The position numbers were made by a program, and so were the translations under genes. This document shows positions 27,424 through 37,500 of a stretch of 64,000 nucleotides of DNA, piece after piece; position 1 is the stretch's first letter; every line of letters starts with the position of its first letter. The DNA comes from Antedon mediterranea (Eukaryota; Animalia; Echinodermata): NCBI RefSeq assembly GCF_964355755.1, contig NC_092675.1:1049812-1113811 (forward strand). The letters are read 5' to 3'. The notes beneath the pieces were generated by a model that was not told the DNA's origin, did no database searches, and worked only from the letters and a program-made list of their open reading frames with translations.

Positions 27424-28312
27424 ACTTGCATGCAATGGCAGTTTAAATAAACTAACTAGCTCTTAACCTACTGTAAGCAAATTTCATCTAACAAGCACCC
27501 CACTAATACTCCCTCTTAGCTTTGTATTTAGAATAATTGTTGTTATCATGCAAGTGTTTTAGTTCTACTCCTGAGAAGAAAGTGCTTAATAAATTAAGTA
27601 ATAATAATAATACATGATTAAACACAGCAAACACAAAGTCCATTGATACTGTAGCTATTATAAGTTAAGTACTAATATAATAAGTTGCATTTGGCATGAT
27701 ACTGTATTATATATAAGTTCAGCAATTACCAATCATACCTATATCTCAGCTGCTGAATACATGTTTAATGTAATTGTAAGGCCAATTAATAAAAAAATAG
27801 TACAACCATTTTCACGAAACAAATTTCAGTTCCTTAACAATCCATCCCATTTAGAAACACACTTTTAAAGGGCTTTACCAAATGCCATACACTTACTGTT
27901 TAAAGGATGGTTTCTTTTCTGCGGCCATGAATGTTAAAAACAATAATTATTTAAACATGCGAGTTTAGCTGTCAGCACCAAATCACCAAATCACCAAATC
28001 ACGTTTCAAAGGAAGTAAAACTGTTAAAAAAATGTTTCTAAAGCTTCATAAGATTCTTTTTTAAAATAACCAATAAAACCGATTAATTCCAGCAAACTTT
28101 GGCAATTTGTTAAGTATGTAAAATTTAGAAAAATGTTTAAGTTACTAGAGGGAATGTTTATAAAAACGCAAGTACTATACCAATGATTCTTTGACTGATT
28201 TAAATACCAAGGCCAACTCATACTGCATTACAATTAATGAGGTACAACCTCACATTTGGTTTTAAATGGTTTCAGAGGCAGATTTTGCTGACGCAATATG
28301 AGGTGGCCTTAT

Positions 28313-28522
28313 CAAGGCAATCTAACAGCACACTGAGCTCACTTGCCAAGATAGGAACTCATAACAGTCCTTTTATTTTATGTCTGGCTGCAACAAATAC
28401 CAATAGTACTGTACTATGTACATATTCTCTGCGGCGTGCGGTGTCTGTTAACTTATCGTGTCGCAGCCACAGATAAACCCTTTGATCTCAAGAGCTCAGT
28501 ATACTGCTTTTAGATTGCCTTG
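28313..28522. mobile_element. Foldback MITE (copy B) immediately downstream of the caspase stop codon
   Basis: Same nested inverted-repeat structure and internal sequence (TGCCAAGATAGGAACTCATAACAGTCCTT) as 26483-26671. Confidence 0.7.
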
Positions 28523-28576
28523 TCTTATCATGCTACGGTGTAACTATGGCATGTTGTAACTAGAATCTCCTATTAT

Positions 28577-31500
28577 TCACTTTTTGGCAAAGTATAATTT
28601 TTTAGTTAACATTGACATAAAGCATGGTACCTGCTTCTTGCCAATCATTGCAGGATCCCTACAGGCCTTTACTGACCGCTGAGAAACAATATGGTTGACC
28701 AACAGAAGCATGTCTGTAAATTCCATCGTCGTTCCGTAGCGTTCCATGACAAATGAAAGAGCTTGAATGAACCAAGAACCATAGGCTGTGTCTCGGTGCG
28801 AGTAATATCCTACAGTCAATGGAAATAGCGAAAATCATTTTAAATAAAAATAATGTAACTACGTATAATATATAATATATACATTGATGAAGGCGTGTTG
28901 CCCGAAAGCTCTGCTAACTTTTCTGGCTGTTTTACTTTATCGTTTTGATTTAGCTTTTCGCTTTTATTTTGAATCTCCATTGAGATCCAGCCACTGATAC
29001 CCACAACATTGTCATTTTTTCAGTATTTTGCCTTTGAATTTAAGTATATGTATAATGTTATTGTTAACATATTGTTTATAGTCAAGCCACTAAGTAAAAC
29101 AACAATGTGTGCTTGCCCTATTCAAGGGATATTTAACTTATGAAGGAAAAACTAAGAGATATTAGTTTTAATTAAAAAGCTCAACAAGAAACATATTGAA
29201 AATTAGGACTGTATCCAATGGTGTAACGTATGGGGCAAAGGTCCCTGGTTTAGCACTCCTAAGGTCCTTTAACTCGTTGCATTGGGGCTGTTCATACTCT
29301 CTGGGGCCCCTAGGATCTCACCACTGTGCATATCTCATTAATGCATATGATTTTAAATTGATAGGTAGAGGTTTACCTTCAGCTACAGAGTATGCTAAAA
29401 GAAAGTCAGCACCAGCAGGTACAGTGGGCCTTGGGCCTGCATCTGCTACATCAACATCCATTAACTCTACATCATCAAGACCATCCATAGCATCTATACC
29501 TATCTCATGGTCCTCACCACGACATGCCTTTAAAATAAACAATAGTATATATTAAATTGTTGTTAAAGTTTGTGCTCCAAATTTTAAACCTCATATCTAT
29601 CATTGTGTAATTGCATATTTAAGAACAATATTAATTTTCATTAATGTTTATTTATGGAGTATTGAGATGTACTAATTTACACAACCTCTGTAGTGGATGA
29701 CATAGTTAAGAAATCATTTGTCCACAACTCTATACATGTTTCCAACTCATCATTTCAAAGATAGTTTGTTTTATTCCTTCTGTAAATATAACTTGTTTAC
29801 TAATTTCATTATAAATCTTCTACTAACCTGTATTAAAAAAATCTTTGGTTTTCCAACTAAACTTTTGCACTTTTCTCCTCTAAAACGGTCGATGAGTTCT
29901 TGTAACTTAAGTACACCATCATAAGCATAAATGACATCGTTATCACCATGAGTAAGGAAGACGCATACAAAGCAATCTGAATCTGCATGACTCTGTAATG
30001 ACACTAAAAATACAAATTGTTGTAAAGTAAAATTTCTGATATTAAAGATTTGATTTCTAAAGGAAAATTCTTAAAATCATTAAACAACCAGTAATTACTG
30101 TATCTATGCCCGGTATAGGACATGTCTTCTCAGGACTATAAACCGTAGGCCAGTGTACAAATCTAGCTTATGTGAACTTTAAAGAACCTAGTACATCTTA
30201 CGAGACAAGTAGGGGTTACCCCGGTGTACTAGTACATCACAGGCACTGATCACAACTGGGCCCTCTGGGAGACCAGTCTTTGACTGAAGAAGTCGCTCAG
30301 TATAAATAAAATATTTCAATTTTAATACAATTTAAAAAAAAACACTTAATTATTAAAATAATAGTATGGATGATGAACACAAACAATGATTGTTTTTTCC
30401 CGATGGATTAATGAAAAAATTGCCAACTTGTAGTACTAGTGTCGTACCATTTTTTAGGGCATCCCATAACTGCACGACTGTTAAATCTTGATGAACTTTG
30501 ACATCAAATTGAAGCTTTGTGAGTCGTTTTTTCAAGTTGTCGACATCATGTTGAGTTCCTCGTCTACGTGGCATTTGCGTGCCCAGATGAAATTCTTCAT
30601 GATTGAAAATGACAGCAACACCACGTTTTGGATGAGACATATTGTAGCTTAATAAATTCTTGTCAATTCCCTGTAAAATACTAAATAATAATTTATAAAA
30701 CATGTTATATAAATGTTTATTTGTTCAACAAGATGTATAATAGAGACCGTATAATATAGGCCTAGTATATAGCCTCTCTCTAGCTAGGGCTAGTACTGTA
30801 GTGAAATACCCCTCCGCTTAATGGTTCGGTCCACCGAGTGACCCGAGGTCATGTGTGCCGTCCCGGAGAGACCTGCGCTCTCTTGAGACTTGGACGACAT
30901 AGGATAAACACGGGATATAGACACCGCACATCGGAGGTACACTGAGTGTTTTACCGTGTTCGATATCAAGACAGAGACAGCATACCGTAGTATTTACTGT
31001 TGACAAAGGTTGGGTGATGACCTCCCAAGAGACCAGCCCACCACGACAGGTAAGCCACACTACTTTCTGCTAGTCTGATTATACTCTCGGCCGTTTTACA
31101 ACATTGGCGCTGCGAGCAAAAACGTAAGCGATTAACGCCAAGTTAATTAGTTTTGGCATAGAGTTCGTTCCCACACCTGTGGGGCGACAACGGTTCGAAT
31201 TTCCCGCTGCATTTTCACAATTCCGCACGGTGTAGACTCACCGCGATTAGTGAATTTAATAAAGTGCACGGATTTTTTGTTCGACTCTGTAGGCGCTACT
31301 TGCACTGCGTTATTGCTTTTGTACCGTAACTTCATCAAGTGAATCCCATTGAGAAGTTAGACTGACAATACAGAAGAATTATAGACTGAGTATTATTTTG
31401 TTGTGGGTTTTGTTGATATAGTAAAAATATAAACTATAATAGAAAGAGTTATTTCAGTTGTTTTTAGTTCAAACGTTGTGGAAATTGATTCAACGGGCGA

Positions 31501-34500
31501 CTCCTCCATTGTGTGTTCTTTTGAATTCCTAAGACACCTGTGGGCGGATTCCGCGCATTCCATTAGTCTCATTTGCATATCGTTTTGTGTTTAGCAACTG
31601 TGATACATTTTAATTTACTATTGTCTTTCAGAAATAGAGGTTATTTTGAAACTTTGTTTATTACGATATTTTACCATTACATTTTACGTATACTCTTTGT
31701 AAATTGGGATACGTTTCCTGTGGGGTAGAATAGGTATAATCAGCAGTCAATATATACAATTTGAATCCCTATTGATATAACACTTTGGTTTGACCTTGAA
31801 TTGTTATTTAGAGTGCACTTGATTACATAAATATGCCTCCAAAAGCCAGACTGATATCTATAAATTTCTGCGACGTTACAGACTTACTCCTGGTGCCTGG
31901 TATAGGTGCTGCACGTGCTCAGAAATTATTAGACTGGAGAGGCCGTTATGGGAATATCACCCCGGTTAACATTGGGGATATAAAGGGTTTGGGGAAAACC
32001 AAATTTTCCAGATGGTTCGACTTCACCCCAAATCCTAAGCGGGGAGGGATTATCACCACAATGAACGCTGTGACATACTTAGTGGATGCACGGAACGAAA
32101 CTAGGGCTGCCAGTTTAAATCCCGCTAACGGGGACTCCACGGTTCACCGTGAGCCTCGGGGAGATGAACGGGACCGATCGTACTTCCCTGCCAACCCGGG
32201 ACCGGGACACGAATTTAGATCCCCTACACTCCCGGAGGTCCCCTTACGTTCCGAGGTTGAGGAAGACCGCCCTCTTTGCGATGGTAATGGTACACCATTT
32301 AACCCGTTTGTAGGTAGCCCGGAGGGAGTTGTCCCATCCCATATGCCCGGTCAATACTCCTATGTGGATTCCTGGGGGGAACCGGAATATCGGGACACCC
32401 CTCCTACACTTTCATCTCACGGTACACGAGTAACATCTACTGTTAGTCCTGGAATTACGCCTGTGTATTCTAGGGCCCAGGCTACTCCTCAGGCTGAACA
32501 GAATGTGAGGGGTAACACTCCCGTGGTTACTGCTAGCACCACGTCGGCGTATACCCGGCCGCACACTCCCGTCTCTCATAGGCCCCAATACTATAATAAC
32601 AGAGGGGGTCACCCACCAGCAAGGCGGTCATCTAGAGAGGTACCTCAGAGACGCCAAGTTGATTGGGCGTATGGAAACCATGACCGTACGTATTACGGTG
32701 GCAGCGAGAGTGAGGGAGAAAATGCCCAACCATCATTTCACACCGACCACGATGAATTCTTGGCGTCCTTCAGAGAGTTCTTACGGTCCACCGAGCGTAG
32801 GGCTCCTAGACGACAACAACAACAACAACCACATTTTAGGTCAAAGGACATTCCTAAAAATCTGTCGTTTAGCGGGAGGGACAATTGGGTTTTATTTAAG
32901 CAGCGGTTCCTCAACTATGCTGACGAATATGGCCTCAGCGATAGGGGAATGCGCGACGCTTTTCAATGGTGCGTTACAGGTATTGCGGCAGATTACTTCA
33001 TAAACCTAACTCATATGAACCGAGATTTATCTTTCAGGCATATTATAGGGGCTTTTGACGAGCGCTTCAAGGCTGAGGAATTACCTGAGGTCTTGCAAGT
33101 GAAGTTGGAGGCGGCCAGTCAACAGGAAGGTGAATCCATTGAAGATTGGAGCGACAGAGTACTCACCCTAACGAGGAAAGCTTTCCGTGAACTTCCTAAA
33201 GACTGGATTCATCGGAGAGCAGTCGTGAAATTTTGCGTGGGTTGTCTCGATGCCGAGGCCGGTCAGTATATTCTACACCAGAATCATACTACTTTGGTGA
33301 GAGCACTGGCAGCCTACGAAAAATACATTGGTTTTAGGGAACTTTGCAATCGAGGAAGAAAGGGGCGACCAAGGGAGCAGGTGAGGCCGCACGTACGATT
33401 CGCAACTGTGCCTGACCGACGACATCACCGGTCGCCGCCCTCGTATACAATAGAGTCTTCTGAGAGTGGAGAGGAGGTAGAGGTTCGACAGGTTGGAAAG
33501 GGTTGGACTCGCCCGGCGAGCCTCGAGAAACCTGTTGTACCTGGGCCTGTGGACAGGAAGGATCAATACGATCGCAAGGGTCCTCCACGGCCGACTCCAC
33601 CTCGCACCGAGACCAGGATGGAAGCGGTCGAACGACAAGTGGGGCAGTTGAACACGAACGTCGACCAGTTGACGACCAACGTCGGCCATTTGATGACCAG
33701 GTTTGACAGTCTATTAACGGCCTTGCATCCAACACCTACATCACCACCATCGCCGGGTAGACGGTACTCAACCTCGCCCCCGAGAGTGTGTTTTGAGTGT
33801 CGAGAACCGGGTCATTTCAGGAAGGACTGTCCTAAGCTAGCCCGACAAGTTCGACAGATTGAGTCGGAAGGTGACCAGTCGTCAAACTAGACCAGGTTGG
33901 AAGCGCAGCCCAGCTCCCCAACCTGTCACCTCGTCCGGGCTCAGGTCTTGTAACGGGTAACAAAGGTAAGTATAAGGGTAGTAAGAATAATGGTAAGGAT
34001 AATAAGAGTATTGACAATCCCCGTGATAATGGTGATAACATTAATAGAAATATTAGTCACATTAACACGGGTCAAGATAATACTAATAATTCTTTCATTA
34101 CTATGAGTAATCTTTCAGAGACAACGCTGCGATCAGACCTGCTCCCAGGTGGCGGAGACCCACCCGTGGGCACTACTTCGACGACCAACGAATCGTTGGA
34201 ACCTCGGGGTGCTGCGGGGTGGACTCGGCCAGTGGAAGTAGCCGGCACCGCAGACGAAACGGAAGAACCAATCGTTATCAATCGAGTACGATCCAACCGA
34301 GCCTTATACACCACGGTCTACGTGAATCAGACTGAAGTAACAGCTGTGGTGGACACGGCTGCGGACCGGACAATACTCTCGGATAACGTATACTCTCGTT
34401 TAGTTCCTAAACCACCGATTGTGGCCAAGCTTAACTTTACCCTAGCGGGTAGAGGGACATCGATGCCTGGTTACAAGGTGGGACCTATTCATTTTAGGCT

Positions 34501-37500
34501 AGGGTCGGAATCCTACACCGAATTTTTCTATGTAGCACCGATTCACGATGAAATGCTGTTAGGTCAGGATTTTCTGGTAAAAAATGGGGCCATGGTAGAC
34601 TGCGGACAACTGCTGTTAACTGTAGGTGCAAGCACAGTCTCTCTGCGGGGAAATCGGGAACCCGAACCCCCGAGAACCGCTCGTGTTCTTGTCGCAAAGC
34701 GTAGAGTGATACCACCTCACTCTGTAGTGCACGTCCAATGTCAACTTTCACCTAACCATTTACCTTTACCAGATTTCTTTATAGATCCAGAGATCAACGC
34801 TTCTGTGGCAATTCCAGCTACCACACATCGAGGCCTGCGTATTCCGCACCTGTGCGTGGTCAACACATCGGACATGTACGTCACCCTGAAACAGGGACGG
34901 AACATTGCAACAGCCACAGAAGTAGATCAGGTGGAGGAGGATGGAAAAGCCAACGCTGCCGATGTATGTTCCGCAGCCAGTCATGATAAACCTGTCTCGT
35001 CGGCAGTACCCATGCATCTGGTGGACATGCTAGAAGCGTCCCGTGCTGATCTCTCCGACTCCGAATTCGCACAATTGTCTTCTCTTATCATTCAACATCA
35101 AGAAGCCTTCGCTTCGCATCAGTTCGATATTGGTACGTTCAAGGATATTGAGCACACCATAGATACGGGCAAGGCTCCGGCTATCAAGCAACGGCTCCGG
35201 CCAACGCCGATTCGCTTTGCTGGCGAAGAGGAGAAGGAGATAAAAAAGATGCTCCAAGCTGGAGTGATTCAACCCTCCATCTCAGAGTGGGCATCACCAC
35301 CAGTCCTGGTGCGGAAGCGTGACGGCTCCGTGCGCTTCTGCATAGACTATCGAGCACTGAATAACATCACCATCAAAGATGCCTATCCGTTGCCGTTAGT
35401 AAGGGACTGCATAGATACGTTATCTGGAAACATCTGGTTCTCCAAGCTTGACGCCCTCTGGGGATACTGGCAGATCCCGATGAAGGAGGAGGACCAGAGG
35501 AAAACTGCGTTCATTACCAAGCATGGTTTGTATGAATTTGTCAAAATGCCATTTGGTCTTTCAAACTGCCCGGCTACGTTTTCCCGTGCCATGGGGTTAG
35601 TGCTACGAGGTTTGGTATGGGACGTCGTACTAGCATTTCTGGACGATATCGTCGTGCTGGGAAAAACCTTCGAAGATCACCTGAACAACTTGACCACTGT
35701 CCTGGGGAGATTTAGGAATGCTAACCTTAAACTAAAACCCAAAAAGTGTGTTTTTTTTCAGAGAAAGGTAGAATTTCTTGGACGCATCGTCGGTGACAAC
35801 TCTTTCACAGTCTCCGACACGGATGTGGAAGCCGTCCAGAACTGGCCCACGCCAACCAACCTGCGAGAAGTACAACAGTTTCTTGGTCTGGCTAACTACC
35901 ACCGGGAATTCATCAGTTCTTTCGCCAACCTGGCTGTCCCGTTGTACCGTCTGACTGAGAAGGGAGTCCAATTTGTGTGGGGAGAGGACCAGCGGATCGC
36001 TTTTGAATCTCTCAAGAACGCATTGGTTCAACCTCCTGTCTTGACGTTGCCCAACATCCGGGATGAATTCATACTAGATGTGGACGCATCGGACCACGCC
36101 ATCGGCGGTGAATTGCTGCAGATGCAAGAGGGTAAGGAACGAGTAATCGCCTACGCTAGCATCCGGCTCACCGCCGAACAGCGCAACTACTGCACAACTC
36201 GTAAGGAGTTGCTGGCCATCGTGTACATGACCCGGCATTTCCGCCACTACCTGCTGGGCCAGCCTTTCCGGGTAAGAACCGACCACAGCAGTCTAACTTG
36301 GCTCCTTAATTTCAAAGGTCCCCAAGGACAACTAGCTCGTTGGATGGAGGAGCTTAGCCAGTATACCATGGTAGTCGAGCACCGGCGAGGTAGGTTACAC
36401 ACCAATGCAGACGCGCTTTCTCGTCTTGGGGGGTGTGAGCACGGCACCATCACTCCGGACGACCTGCCCTGTGGGGGTTGCACCTACTGCCGTAGGACGC
36501 ATGCGAAATGGGCACGGTTCCGGGAGGATGTCGACGACGTCGTACCCATCTCCCAGATTCGACAGGCAAGTAGAGGAGTGGGTAGTGAGGGGTTTGTATG
36601 GGACCCGGGTGGTCGAGCGACCGTGGAAGTAACCCGGGCTCCCAATGGATTAACGAATATTTGTGTATTACAGGATGGGGATATGGTCACATCGATTCAG
36701 CCGGAGACACCGACCGCCCGATGTTGGGGGTACTCCGTCAGCGAACTCCGGGACCAACAACGTAAGAATGCTGATCTCCAGCCTATCCTGCGGTGGTTGG
36801 AGCGCCAAGACGACCCCTCAACCAATGAGCTGTTCCTCTTCAGCCCGAGCACGAAGTTCTTTTGGTTGAATCGAGACCGTCTTCATCTGTCCGACGACGG
36901 CATTCTGTTCCTGAAGCACGAAACGTCGGGCGAGCGTCTTTTGGTACTGCCGAGGGGTTTGCAACTAGTTGCCCTGCGACTACACCACGACCTCCCTTCG
37001 GCTGGACACCAAGGCATCGCCCGAACCCGTTTTCGTCTTAAGGAAAAGTTCTTTTGGTATGGTATGTCCAGGGATATCGGAAGGTATGTAGCCAACTGTG
37101 AAGTGTGTAACCGCAATAAGAAAACCGGCCGTAAAGCCCGGTATCCCTTAACAAACTTTCATGCAGGTACACCCATGGAACGGGTACATATCGATTTTCT
37201 TGGGCCTTTGCCTAAAACCAACATGGGCAATGTATACATTCTCATGATGGTGGACCAATTCACTAAGTGGGTTGAAGCGAGCCCACTTCCTTGTCAGACA
37301 GCGGAGGTAACGGCCCGAGCCGTGGTAGGGAATTTCTTCTCCCGGTTCGGGATGCCTCTGGAACTCCACTCTGATCAGGGGAGTAATTTTGAAAGTGAAT
37401 TATTTAGTTCTTTATGTAAAGTTTTACAGATCCACAAGACCAGGACCACCAGTTACCGACCCGCCGCCAACGGCCAGGTGGAGCGATACAACCGGACCCT

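Noticed and set aside
30818-31060. 80-aa antisense ORF in both LTRs and the many antisense ORFs across gag-pol
   Set aside because: No recognisable motifs; expected shadow ORFs in GC-rich sequence.
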